A program made the position numbers and the translations under genes. From assembly GCA_044222185.1 (NCBI GenBank), contig JBGANV010000001.1, positions 1,056,001-1,120,000 on the forward strand: a stretch of 64,000 bases of DNA, read 5' to 3'. Origin of the DNA: Planctomycetota bacterium (GTDB lineage: Bacteria > Planctomycetota > GCA-002687715 > CAIWVZ01). Of this stretch, positions 18,449 through 27,783 are shown one piece after another (the stretch's first letter is position 1; each line of letters opens with the position of its first letter). The notes under the pieces were generated by a model, which made no database searches, was not told the origin of the DNA, and saw only the letters and a program-made list of their open reading frames with translations.

Positions 18449-21076
18449 CTACCCGCTGGTCGTGGCGGACGCCAAGCGCCCCCATTGATCCCGAACGGTC
18501 ACCCACCACGTTACGGGGGCAGGTGCCGCGTCCGTGACGGTGAATGAATGCGACGTCCCGAACGAGCCCTCAGAGTCCCACGACCGCCCGACGGGGGCTG
18601 CGCCGCGCCCGTAGCGCACGAGGCCGAGGGTCGGGACGTTCGTCGTCCAGGTCACGCTCACCGTTTCAGTGATCCCGCTCACATTTCTTGTGATCCCGCT
18701 CACTAAGACTGTCGGCGCCGGCCCAGTCGCCACCGGCTTCGGCGGCATCGTCCACCCGCGGACGTCCGAGCACCGCAACACGAAGTAGGCGTAGTTCCAC
18801 GCGTCGATTCCGGTGAGCTCCGGGCGGGCGACTCCGTCTCCCCAACCGCGTTGAAGCTCTAACGCCCCAACTGCGAGGCACGCGGCGGGCCCGTGCGACG
18901 TCTCGGCGCCGACCCACCACGCGGCCGCCTCGTCGAACGACTGCCCTCCGACCGAAGACGTGCCGTAGCTTCCGTGCAGAAGTGCGAAGCTCGGGCGCAC
19001 CGCCATCCCAAACGCGGGAACCGTCCCGAGCCGGTGAATCGCCAGGCCGGCCTGGAACGCAGCGCCATCCTCGAGCACGGCGTCTCCGACCACGCGCCGG
19101 CGGATGATCCCGGCGCCCGAGCTGCCGAAGCCGGTCGTGACGATGTTGCCCTGCATGTCGATCGCGACGGCCCACGGGTAGTGCCGCGCGGGGAAGTCCG
19201 GCTCGTTCGTCTCCTGCGGTCCGCCGTGGCGATCCTTCTTCCCCGCGAGCAGCGTCCCATGCCACGAACCGTCTCGCGAGTGCCGCCCGATGTAGCTGTT
19301 CGATCGCCCACTGATCCACGCTTCGAACACATCGTCTCGTGGACCGCACAGACCGTCTCGATCGACGGCGATCCAGGTCCATGGGTTGTTGCCGCTGACG
19401 AGGTCCTTCGGGGACGTGGAGACGAACGTCACGGTCCCGGTTGCGACGTCGACCGCCTTCACCGCCTTCGTGAGGTTCTCGGCGACCACCGGTGTACCGG
19501 CACTGTCGACCCGGACGCACTGCGGGAAACGGATCCAGTCAGCCACGGCCTGCGGCGGAGCCGGCATCGCGGAGTACACGTTCGGTCGAGTCACGGCTTC
19601 CTGCGGACGTGGCGATGTGGCCATGTGGCCACCTGCCGCCGTCGAGACCACGCCCGTCGCGAGATCGATCACGCGCAGCGCGCAGTTCTCGCGGTCCGTC
19701 ACCCACATGCGGCCGCGGTCGATCGCGAGCGATGTCGGCTTGTTGAACCGCGCCGTCGCGATCGGTCCGTCCACATACCCGGGCGCTCCGCCGACGAACG
19801 TTGTGAGTCGACCGTGCCCCTTCCCTTTCTGCACGAGCCCCTCGCCTGTCCCGCGCAGGTCGAGCTTCGCGATCCGGTGGTTCCCCGTGTCGGCAAGGTA
19901 GATCACGTCCGGATCAGCAGGATCCATCGCGAGGTCGTTCACGACGTTCGGTGCGACGTCGAACGTGCCGACCCATTCCTTGTCCGCCGCGAACTGCGCC
20001 GGCGTCGCCGTCGCGTCGTGCCACCAGTGCGGCGGCATCGTCGGGTCATCGTGGCCCGGCGGCTTCGGCGTCGTGTTCGTGTGGCAACTGACGCACGACC
20101 GTTCCCACCTGCGCGAGTTCCACGGCCCGAAGAGCGCCTTCACCGATCCGTTAACCCCAAGGGTGAAGACGGATCCGGACACGTCGACGCCGACCCAACC
20201 GGATCCGCGGGGGTCCGCGACGAACGAGGAGTACGGCGAGACGTCGCCGGCGCCGCGCTGACCCGTCCACCAGTCCATTCGGTCGTTCTGCGGTCGCTGC
20301 CCTTCCGAGCTGGCGTCGCCGCGCGGGTAGTGCGGAGCCGCGAACACATGGCCATCGCCCGAGGTGTAGACGTGGTGCGACGGTCGGTAGAGCCCGGAGT
20401 TCGCGCGCGTGAGCGAGAGGCCGGTCCAGTATGAGGGGTCCCGAAGCAGGACCGGCGCAACCTGGGGTGGTGACCCAACAGGTTGGGCGAGCGGGACCGA
20501 CGGCGGGAACGGCAGATGGCCGGGGTAGCTCATCCACGCGACCCGCGGAGAGAACGTCAGCTGGTGGTAGACGAGTGAGCCGAGAGGGATCCGCTGCGCG
20601 TCGGTGTTGCGCGGAACGCCCGGCACGTTGTCGATCGCGAACGGGATCACGCGAGGCGACAGGAACTCTCCGCCAGGTCCCGCATCGACCGGGTCGATGG
20701 AGATCGCGTGTGTGCCGTCCTCCCAGAGCGTGGAATCGAGCGTGATCGCCGCACCGAGTGGCACCGGCGCGGCCGCTCGCAAGTCATCGATGAGGACGCG
20801 AACGACGGTGCCTGCCGGCGCTGGGACCGCGAGACCGCTCTTGTCCTGCAACACCGCGGAGACCGTGAACGTTCCATGGACGGTCACGAACCGGAAGTCC
20901 GACTTCGTGGTGTAGTCGACGAGAGGCTTCCCGTTCACGACCGGGATCAGCCATGACAACGAGGTCTCCGCCGGGACGGCAGGTGTGGGCAGGGGAACTG
21001 GCGCCGTCGGCGTCGCCGTCGGAGCCTGGGACATCGTGATGCAACAAAGCACGAACGCGAGGAGTGTTGATCGCAT
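18449..21076 (-). CDS. Secreted NHL-repeat beta-propeller protein with one CxxCH motif and Ig/FN3-like terminal domains
   Basis: Signal peptide MRSTLLAFVLCC; LADTGNHRI, GYVDGPIATARFNKPTSL, VTDRENCALR; CVSCH; C-terminal VTWTTNVP...VRYG. Confidence 0.75.
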   Translation of the reverse strand: MRSTLLAFVLCCITMSQAPTATPTAPVPLPTPAVPAETSLSWLIPVVNGKPLVDYTTKSDFRFVTVHGTFTVSAVLQDKSGLAVPAPAGTVVRVLIDDLRAAAPVPLGAAITLDSTLWEDGTHAISIDPVDAGPGGEFLSPRVIPFAIDNVPGVPRNTDAQRIPLGSLVYHQLTFSPRVAWMSYPGHLPFPPSVPLAQPVGSPPQVAPVLLRDPSYWTGLSLTRANSGLYRPSHHVYTSGDGHVFAAPHYPRGDASSEGQRPQNDRMDWWTGQRGAGDVSPYSSFVADPRGSGWVGVDVSGSVFTLGVNGSVKALFGPWNSRRWERSCVSCHTNTTPKPPGHDDPTMPPHWWHDATATPAQFAADKEWVGTFDVAPNVVNDLAMDPADPDVIYLADTGNHRIAKLDLRGTGEGLVQKGKGHGRLTTFVGGAPGYVDGPIATARFNKPTSLAIDRGRMWVTDRENCALRVIDLATGVVSTAAGGHMATSPRPQEAVTRPNVYSAMPAPPQAVADWIRFPQCVRVDSAGTPVVAENLTKAVKAVDVATGTVTFVSTSPKDLVSGNNPWTWIAVDRDGLCGPRDDVFEAWISGRSNSYIGRHSRDGSWHGTLLAGKKDRHGGPQETNEPDFPARHYPWAVAIDMQGNIVTTGFGSSGAGIIRRRVVGDAVLEDGAAFQAGLAIHRLGTVPAFGMAVRPSFALLHGSYGTSSVGGQSFDEAAAWWVGAETSHGPAACLAVGALELQRGWGDGVARPELTGIDAWNYAYFVLRCSDVRGWTMPPKPVATGPAPTVLVSGITRNVSGITETVSVTWTTNVPTLGLVRYGRGAAPVGRSWDSEGSFGTSHSFTVTDAAPAPVTWWVTVRDQWGRLASATTSG

Positions 21077-21140
21077 CGGGCCAGAATCGCATGCCCGCCG
21101 TGAGCCGCGCGATCCGCGCGATCGCAGGTATCTTCCGGCG

Positions 21141-21371
21141 ATGCGAAGCCAGGTCCCCGCCCAGGCGTTCCCCACACTCCGGTCCGTTCAGCGCTGGAGC
21201 ATTGAGCGCTGCGTGCGGCAGTACGACATCGCGTGCCTCTACTTCGAAGGCCTCTCCCCGGCGCAGCGGGTGGCGATCGAGCTGGCTGTCCGCCATCAGG
21301 TCGAGTTGATCGACGACGCCCGCGCCATCAGATCGCAGCCGAAGGACCGAACGGTCCGCATCGGTGCCTGA
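21141..21371 (+). CDS. Small hypothetical protein
   Basis: Fills the gap between two minus-strand genes; plausible composition. Confidence 0.35.
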   Translation: MRSQVPAQAFPTLRSVQRWSIERCVRQYDIACLYFEGLSPAQRVAIELAVRHQVELIDDARAIRSQPKDRTVRIGA

Positions 21372-23660
21372 TCAGAGCACCCGGACCTCGTAGGTCTTCA
21401 CGGTGAAGTTCGGGATCGTCAATGTCTGCTTCAGCACGTTCCGGAACCGCGCGATCTCGACCAAGCCCGCATCCGTGCGCTCGTAGAGCGCCTTCTCCCC
21501 GCTGCCGATCTCGTAGCGGCTGGCATCCAGCTCGAGCGTGACGGTCTGGGGACCCGGATCCCCCAACACGCCGGCCGGGTATTCGTGGATCACGATGATC
21601 CCCAGGTACTCGTCGTCGACCAGGAAGATCTCCGATTTGACGACGTTGTTGACCTGAACGCCAACCCAGTACTGCTGGAACACCGTCTCGACGGAATCGA
21701 CCCAGCCCGGCTCCCAGGTGTTGATCGAGAGCGGCGGCATCCGCTTCCCCTGGTGGTACGGGAGCGTCCGCGGTCGCGCGGCGTGAATGACCCGGACCCA
21801 GTCGAAGAAGTAGAAGAGCTGCGTGTTCACCGGCGACGGGGACGCGGCGATCAGCTCAGCGCCCGCGCTGGTCGTCGAGTCGTTGATCGACGCGATCCCT
21901 GAGCGCAGCCACGAGACGTTCATGAGCTGCTCGAAGACGATGTTGCCCGCGGGGTTGTTGTTCCCGTCGGTGATCTGAGGGCCGATGTACTGCGCCGTGC
22001 GCACCATCTGCCCGTAGACGTAGCTGAACAGATCGACGAACTTCCCGACCGTCTCACCGCCGAGCGTCATCGTGTAGAGCAGGTCGAAGGAGTCGATCAT
22101 CGTCTCCTCCGGGTACTCCTGCGACATGAGGAAGTCCGGGTCCACGCCACGGAAGCCCGACAGGATTGTCGCGATCACGTTCTTCCGGCCGGCCTGGTTG
22201 GCACGGTAGGTCCACGACGACTGGGTCGGGTCGTCCTGGTAGTCGGATAGGTTCGCACCGAAGGAGTCGTAGTAGATCCCGCGCGGTCCCGCGGATCCCG
22301 CCAGCGCGTGCGCGACCGCGTAATCGAAGAGGATCTGGTAGGCGATCAGTGCCCAGTCCGACCTGGCGTAGTCGGGCTGCATCATCACCACGCCCTCGAT
22401 CGTGCCGCTGTCGACCAGCGTCAGGGCTCCCGCCTTGTCGCGCAGGCAGCGCGTCCGGACGTCGATCGTCCCGAGCCCGGTCACCGGATAGGCCGAGACG
22501 TTGAACGGGCCCGAGAGCAGCTGCGAGTCCAGGAACCGGTGGTTCACATAGTCCTGCACGTGACACCCGAGCGCTTGCGCCGATGCCAGGAACGACAGGT
22601 AGTCCGACTGCATCGTCCCGATCGACGGGTTGTCGATCGCGGGTGCATAGAACGCCTGCTGGACCCACCAGTAGGGCGTCGCGATCATGTTGGTCAGGCC
22701 GGCGTGCGACATCAGCCGCGAGACGATGTTCGTCTTGCGCGGGAAGTCGCGGTGAACGCTGTCGCTCGGCCACCAGAGCAGGACGTCAGAGTTCTTCACG
22801 CGCGCGGAGTAGTGCGCGGCGTCCTTCCAGGGGCCTCGGGTCATCCACGGGCGCGCCGCGTCGGTCGCCCACATCCGGTAGCGGTCAGCCGCGTCGTAGT
22901 AACCCAGGCGCCCGTCCCATGTTCGCCCGGTGATCCCCGCAATGTGGGTCCGATACGGGCGCGTGAAGTCGCTCCCCGGGACGTAGCGGCGGTCGACTTC
23001 GTGCCGGACGAGCCAGCGGACAGACGTCGTCTGCCCGGCGAACGCGATGATCTTCCGGCAGCCCTCGTCGTCGTCCGTCGCGATGTAGAGCTGCTGCCGG
23101 CTGCGGCTGTCGTACATCGACGCGAACTGCATCGAGAGCGGCGCCACGACCGCCACGCCAGGCGATAGGTGAGGCTGTGGGACGACGACGCCGCCCTGCC
23201 AGGCCGCGGCTGCGTAGCAGTTCTCCTCGGCTCCGAAGAGCTTCGCATCGAAGCGTGGCCAGTCGAACGTCTTGACGGAGTACGTGGTCGACGTGGAGTT
23301 CAGGGCCTGACCGAAGAGAACCTCGTCGCCCTCCACGGTGAACGTGAACGTGAACGCGATCCGCGGGTCCGTTCGCCAGGTCGCCAGGACGGTCCCGGCG
23401 CCGTCATGGGTCTCGACGGACATGTTGAAGTCCGCGGGCGAGGCCACGATCGTCGCGTGGTCCGATGCCCGGTCGATCTCGACGGCGAAGGCGCCGGTGG
23501 CAGCGCAGGCGAACCGGTATCCCCCACCGGAGATGCTCCGGAGAGTGAGCCCGTACGTGGGATGCGGGTCGACGACGGCGCCCGGCGCGGGCGAGAGGAT
23601 TCCGCCTCGCGGAACGGCGGCCCGGGCCGAACCCTGCTTCAGGATCGTGGCGCCGCTCAT
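21372..23660 (-). CDS. Glycoside-hydrolase-like protein (DUF6259-like) at the end of the late operon
   Basis: SMQFASMYD...LYIATDD, GIYYDSFG, SQEYPEE motifs; TGATG coupling to the upstream gene. Confidence 0.55.
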   Translation of the reverse strand: MSGATILKQGSARAAVPRGGILSPAPGAVVDPHPTYGLTLRSISGGGYRFACAATGAFAVEIDRASDHATIVASPADFNMSVETHDGAGTVLATWRTDPRIAFTFTFTVEGDEVLFGQALNSTSTTYSVKTFDWPRFDAKLFGAEENCYAAAAWQGGVVVPQPHLSPGVAVVAPLSMQFASMYDSRSRQQLYIATDDDEGCRKIIAFAGQTTSVRWLVRHEVDRRYVPGSDFTRPYRTHIAGITGRTWDGRLGYYDAADRYRMWATDAARPWMTRGPWKDAAHYSARVKNSDVLLWWPSDSVHRDFPRKTNIVSRLMSHAGLTNMIATPYWWVQQAFYAPAIDNPSIGTMQSDYLSFLASAQALGCHVQDYVNHRFLDSQLLSGPFNVSAYPVTGLGTIDVRTRCLRDKAGALTLVDSGTIEGVVMMQPDYARSDWALIAYQILFDYAVAHALAGSAGPRGIYYDSFGANLSDYQDDPTQSSWTYRANQAGRKNVIATILSGFRGVDPDFLMSQEYPEETMIDSFDLLYTMTLGGETVGKFVDLFSYVYGQMVRTAQYIGPQITDGNNNPAGNIVFEQLMNVSWLRSGIASINDSTTSAGAELIAASPSPVNTQLFYFFDWVRVIHAARPRTLPYHQGKRMPPLSINTWEPGWVDSVETVFQQYWVGVQVNNVVKSEIFLVDDEYLGIIVIHEYPAGVLGDPGPQTVTLELDASRYEIGSGEKALYERTDAGLVEIARFRNVLKQTLTIPNFTVKTYEVRVL

Positions 23661-24007
23661 CAGACGATCTGCACGGGTGCGTCGACGAGGAGCTTCCAGA
23701 CGTCGCCGGTGCTCGCACCGCGGATCTTGACGGTCACCCATCCGGAACCGACGAGCAGGCTCCCCGAGGAGGTCTCGTCGAGGACGGGAGCAAGCTGGCC
23801 GTAGTCGGAATCCAGGATCCCGCTCGAGTACGTGCCCAGGAGCGACGAATCGAGCGCCCGATCGGACCGCAGGTTGCCTTCGATCTCGTGGTCGGCGAGG
23901 GACAGGAACCGTCCCTGATCGTCCTGGTACTGGATCGGGATCTGATGCGCGAGCCCGCGGCGGATGGTCGCGAGCTCGGGCGGCAGCTGTGTGATCGCGC
24001 GCGCCAT
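23660..24007 (-). CDS. Hypothetical phage protein
   Basis: Coupled ORF in the late operon. Confidence 0.7.
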   Translation of the reverse strand: MARAITQLPPELATIRRGLAHQIPIQYQDDQGRFLSLADHEIEGNLRSDRALDSSLLGTYSSGILDSDYGQLAPVLDETSSGSLLVGSGWVTVKIRGASTGDVWKLLVDAPVQIV

Positions 24008-24008
24008 C

Positions 24009-24398
24009 TCAATCGCCTCGTCGGGTCTCAGCGACGGGCGTGGCTTCCGACTCGAGCATCAGCGCGCGAAGCAGCTGCGTACTCCGGAGGTACGTGCCTC
24101 GCTTCGTCTCATTGATGGAATCGTCGGAAGTCACGAAGTCGTCGTGGACCTTGCAGACGCGCTCGATGGACTTGCGGACCGGCCCTGCAGCAATGCGCTC
24201 GTCGGGCCCGTCGAGCGCGCGCGCCGCGACCTGGATGTCGAGCAGGACGGGGTCGGCCTGATTCGGGCCGGCCGCGACGTAGGCCTCGACACGGTCGCCA
24301 ACGCGCTTGAACAAATCCGCTGTCGCTTGGCGGTCGACGGTCCCGATGGAACCGCAGGCCAGGACAAAGAGCAGCGGAATCAGAAGGAAGAACTTCAT
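24009..24398 (-). CDS. Lipoprotein, possible outer-membrane spanin-like
   Basis: MKFFLLIPLLFVLAC lipobox; located in the lysis-type cluster. Confidence 0.65.
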   Translation of the reverse strand: MKFFLLIPLLFVLACGSIGTVDRQATADLFKRVGDRVEAYVAAGPNQADPVLLDIQVAARALDGPDERIAAGPVRKSIERVCKVHDDFVTSDDSINETKRGTYLRSTQLLRALMLESEATPVAETRRGD

Positions 24399-24742
24399 CG
24401 GACACCTCCAACCGCGCCCAGTCCAGCCGCGATGCCGCCGGCGAGGATGCGCATCGACGAATCGATGACACTCTTCGTGACGGCCCACTTGGCCTTGATG
24501 GCGCGGAGATTGTTCAACTCGGCGACGGCGGCCATTTGCGCCTCGAGCTCGCCGGACATCGCCGTATCCCCCTGCGCGACGGCATCCGCCATGGCCGGGG
24601 CGATCTCGGCGACGAAGCGCCGCACGTCGTCTTGGGCTCCCTCCATCAGCGTCGTCAGCTGGGTGTAGAGGGTGATCTTCAGGTCGGACGCAACGCCCTT
24701 GAAGTCGACGCGGGCGAGATTCGGGTTCGGAACCACGGTCAC
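24395..24742 (-). CDS. Hypothetical helical protein with hydrophobic C-terminus
   Basis: GTG start overlapping the holin stop; AAGGAG upstream. Confidence 0.6.
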   Translation of the reverse strand: MTVVPNPNLARVDFKGVASDLKITLYTQLTTLMEGAQDDVRRFVAEIAPAMADAVAQGDTAMSGELEAQMAAVAELNNLRAIKAKWAVTKSVIDSSMRILAGGIAAGLGAVGGVR

Positions 24743-24903
24743 TCCTTCTTGGCGAGCCCGCGGCTCACCGTGTACCCGAGGACGGCAGCGGAGAGCAGCG
24801 AGGATCCCTCGTGCGGATGTCCGGCCAGGATCAGCACCACCCCGCCGATGATGGCGAGCGCGGTCACCTTGAACTCGGACGTCTTCGAGCCAGATCGTCC
24901 CAT
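24739..24903 (-). CDS. Small two-TM holin-like protein (54 aa, below the ORF-track cut-off)
   Basis: MGRSGSKTSEFKVTALAIIGGVVLILAG...AVLGYTVSRGLAKKE: two TMs and a basic tail. Confidence 0.65.
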   Translation of the reverse strand: MGRSGSKTSEFKVTALAIIGGVVLILAGHPHEGSSLLSAAVLGYTVSRGLAKKE

Positions 24904-24909
24904 CCCGCC

Positions 24910-25170
24910 TCACTTCCGCGCGTCGAGCTTGTCTTCGATGCGGTCGAGGCGCTTCTCGATGCCAGCGAAGTCCTCGCGCCACTTCTCGCGCGCCGCCTCG
25001 ATGAACATCGGCCTGAACACGAAGAGTGTCAGGGTCCCGATCGAGATCAGGATGGCGGCGAGTGACCCGAGCTGAGTCAGGGCCGGGCGCGGCTTCGATG
25101 GCGTCCGCGGCGTCTCCCGTCCGAGCTCAGCGTCGATGTGGAACGCATGGTTGGATCCGGCGTGGTTCAC
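24910..25170 (-). CDS. Single-TM plus coiled-coil membrane protein (lysis-associated type)
   Basis: LAAILISIGTLTLFVF then IEKRLDRIEDKLD; GTGA overlap with the upstream gene. Confidence 0.6.
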   Translation of the reverse strand: MNHAGSNHAFHIDAELGRETPRTPSKPRPALTQLGSLAAILISIGTLTLFVFRPMFIEAAREKWREDFAGIEKRLDRIEDKLDARK

Positions 25171-25526
25171 GAGTCGTAGGCCTCCACGAGAATGCTCACG
25201 TCGGCGACCGAGAAAACCTTGATTGCGACGTAGCGGAACCTCGCTTGCATCCGGATCTCGACGAATGCGTGACCTGGTGCGACGAAGAACCCAGCAGCCG
25301 GGATGACCTGACCGGACGCAACGGGCGTGTTCGGCGTCACAGGATTCGGCTGGTCGGACGTCAGAACCGAGAGGCCGGCCGTCGCCGTGGAACTCGGCGA
25401 GATGCGCAGCGTGTTGAACGACTCGCCGAAGTCGAGCGTCTTGTTGGTCGCGCCGCCGCACTCACTGCTGCCGATCGTGTACGTCAGGAGTCCGGATCGC
25501 CCGAGACAGCACCGCTTGTCAGCCAT
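25167..25526 (-). CDS. Hypothetical beta-rich phage protein
   Basis: GAGGGAAGG RBS, ORF in the late operon. Confidence 0.65.
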   Translation of the reverse strand: MADKRCCLGRSGLLTYTIGSSECGGATNKTLDFGESFNTLRISPSSTATAGLSVLTSDQPNPVTPNTPVASGQVIPAAGFFVAPGHAFVEIRMQARFRYVAIKVFSVADVSILVEAYDS

Positions 25527-25586
25527 GACCTTCCCTCGTTGGTCCACGCGTGCGCCGCGAGCCTACTCGCACCCGATCTCAACGCG

Positions 25587-26660
25587 TCAGAGCGACGCCT
25601 GCACAGTGTTCCCGGCGCCACTGGCACCACCGGTTGCGCCGACACCGGCTCCACCCGCACTCCCCGCGCCGCCAAAGCTCTCGGCGCCGACAGCCGTGAG
25701 AAGGTTGATCGTCGTGATGCGCCCACCGCTGCCGCCGGTGCCACCGTCGCCACCGATGCCGGTCCCCGTTGCGTTGCCCCCGACGCCGCCGGCACCTCCG
25801 GATGCGTCGAGTGCGTTCGTGGCCGTCGAGCCCGAGAGGCTGCCGTAGACGATGTAGATGACCCCACCGCCACCGCCGCCCCCGGCTCCGCCTCCGCCGC
25901 GATTGCCGCCGGCGGGGACACCGCCCGCGGCGCCGGTGCCGCCCTTGGCCGCGATGGCTCCAGCGGCCGTGGAACCGCTGCGATTGATCGCGCGAGCGTA
26001 GAGCATGATCATTCCGCCGCTCGCCCCGCCGCCGCCTCCACCGCCGCCAGCGGTCCCGTCGCCGCCTCCGCCACTACCGCCGCGACCACCGCAGCCGGAC
26101 AAGATTGCGGTGCCGCTGCGCATGAGCAGAGGCACAACGCGGCGCACCGACAGCGCATTCGAGACAGCTCCGCCCGCGCCAGATGCACCGCCGGCGTTCG
26201 CGCCAGCCGTGCCGCCCTTGCCGGAGGCTCCGCCGGATCCGCCATTGCCCGGACTCGCGGCGCTCGGGCCGGACGCCGTGCTTCCCGCGGCGGTGCCGCC
26301 GGCTGCTCCGGACGTGCCGCCGTTCGAGGCGCCGCATGTTCCACCGCTGCCAGACGTCGCGCCCGAGGCGCCGCCGCTCGTGCCGCTCGCCGCCGTCCCG
26401 TTGGCGCCGTTGAAGTCGATGGCGCCAGCCGGCGCGCTTGAGATGTCGAGCGTCCCGGAGACGAAGACCATGTAGCCCGACGTGGCGAGCTTGCCGGTCC
26501 CGTTGATCGTCAGGTTCCGATAGTACCTGTCGCGCGTGAGCGTCGTGGTTCCCGCGCTGATCGTGACGTCGCCGTCCGAGCCATCCCCGAAGTACGTGAC
26601 GACGTCAGCCGGGTTGTCGACCTTGCCGGAAACCGTGAGTGCCGGGGATCCCATGCTCAT
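25587..26660 (-). CDS. Glycine-rich tail fibre/receptor-binding-type protein
   Basis: FGDGSDGDVTIS...YRNLTI head followed by GG repeats with 'GGSGG.I.I' spacers. Confidence 0.7.
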   Translation of the reverse strand: MSMGSPALTVSGKVDNPADVVTYFGDGSDGDVTISAGTTTLTRDRYYRNLTINGTGKLATSGYMVFVSGTLDISSAPAGAIDFNGANGTAASGTSGGASGATSGSGGTCGASNGGTSGAAGGTAAGSTASGPSAASPGNGGSGGASGKGGTAGANAGGASGAGGAVSNALSVRRVVPLLMRSGTAILSGCGGRGGSGGGGDGTAGGGGGGGGASGGMIMLYARAINRSGSTAAGAIAAKGGTGAAGGVPAGGNRGGGGAGGGGGGGVIYIVYGSLSGSTATNALDASGGAGGVGGNATGTGIGGDGGTGGSGGRITTINLLTAVGAESFGGAGSAGGAGVGATGGASGAGNTVQASL

Positions 26661-26992
26661 GCGATGGACACTCCGAAGGCCTGGAACGTGAGATTCGCCG
26701 TCGAGCCGTAGACCCGGATCTTGTCCGTTGCGGCGAGGGCGATGCCGAGCGTGATCGGGTACGGCCTGTTCGCCCCGATCGTCTCGTCGTAGCAGATGAA
26801 TTGGATCGGGTCGCTCGCGGCTCCGCCGACCGCAACGGCCACGCGGAAGGTGGCATCCGTGCTGCCGCGATTGCAGACGATGATCGTTGAGATCACGTAC
26901 TCGGTGGACGCTGGGACAGTCAGCAGGTCCGTGTCGGTCGTCGCGCTCGGGGCGACCTGCCCAAGCACCTTGCGAGTCTCCGTCGCCATCAC
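26657..26992 (-). CDS. Small tail-fibre-associated beta-sandwich protein
   Basis: LTVPAST..VISTIIVCN...LGIALAATDKIRV...FGV pattern; position in the tail cluster. Confidence 0.65.
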   Translation of the reverse strand: MMATETRKVLGQVAPSATTDTDLLTVPASTEYVISTIIVCNRGSTDATFRVAVAVGGAASDPIQFICYDETIGANRPYPITLGIALAATDKIRVYGSTANLTFQAFGVSIA

Positions 26993-27783
26993 ATCCCTCC
27001 CATCAGGAAGTGCGCCGCGTAGGTCGGCGCTGAGGAGCCACCGCCCGACAGCCCTGTCACCGTCGCGGAGCCGAAATCCCAGTTCCCCTGCGGCTTGTGG
27101 GTGACCGTGACGTTCCCGTTGCCGGCGACTGCCCCGACCTTGAGATCAACGGACCCGGAGCCGCTCGAAACCTTCGACAGGACCGAGCCCGAGAGGGACG
27201 CCCGGAAGATGCGGAACGACGTGGCGTCCGCGTCGACGACGTACCAGTTGCCGGACCCGTCTTTCACGCCGAATGCCTTCCCGCTCGGGAAGTCTGATGT
27301 GCTCGGCGTGGGCTTCACCTTGGGGCAGATTCGTACCGGGACGCCCGTCACGGGCGCAGCCTCGGTCATCGCGGAGACGAGGTTCACGGTGTCGTTCCCG
27401 GTGATCGTGGAGATCGCGTACCCGGGTCGTGCGACGCCATCGAGGACGTACAGGACTCCCCCGCCAACCGCGTCGTTCGCGAGCTTGGGGAAACCGACCT
27501 TCACGGCGCTGGTCGTGGATCCAGCCTTCGTGGACCCGTAGACGATCCCCGCCGTCTCGCGCGCGGGATCCTCGAGTCCGAGCCAGCGGAGGACTGCGTC
27601 CATCTCGCGCTGCAGACGCTGAGGCAGCATCGTCGGCTGACTGGTGTCGGTCGTGTCGAGCGTGACCGACGAGCCAGAAGCGAGAGCCGCCACGATCTCC
27701 TCGCGCGGGCCGATCGCGAACAGCTTCCCTTCCAGGTCGCGAACGATCGTGGTGTCGGCATTCGGTCCGATGGCAGTCGACAT
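26989..27783 (-). CDS. Minor tail protein (hypothetical)
   Basis: Coupled ORF between the large tail protein and fibre genes. Confidence 0.6.
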   Translation of the reverse strand: MSTAIGPNADTTIVRDLEGKLFAIGPREEIVAALASGSSVTLDTTDTSQPTMLPQRLQREMDAVLRWLGLEDPARETAGIVYGSTKAGSTTSAVKVGFPKLANDAVGGGVLYVLDGVARPGYAISTITGNDTVNLVSAMTEAAPVTGVPVRICPKVKPTPSTSDFPSGKAFGVKDGSGNWYVVDADATSFRIFRASLSGSVLSKVSSGSGSVDLKVGAVAGNGNVTVTHKPQGNWDFGSATVTGLSGGGSSAPTYAAHFLMGGM

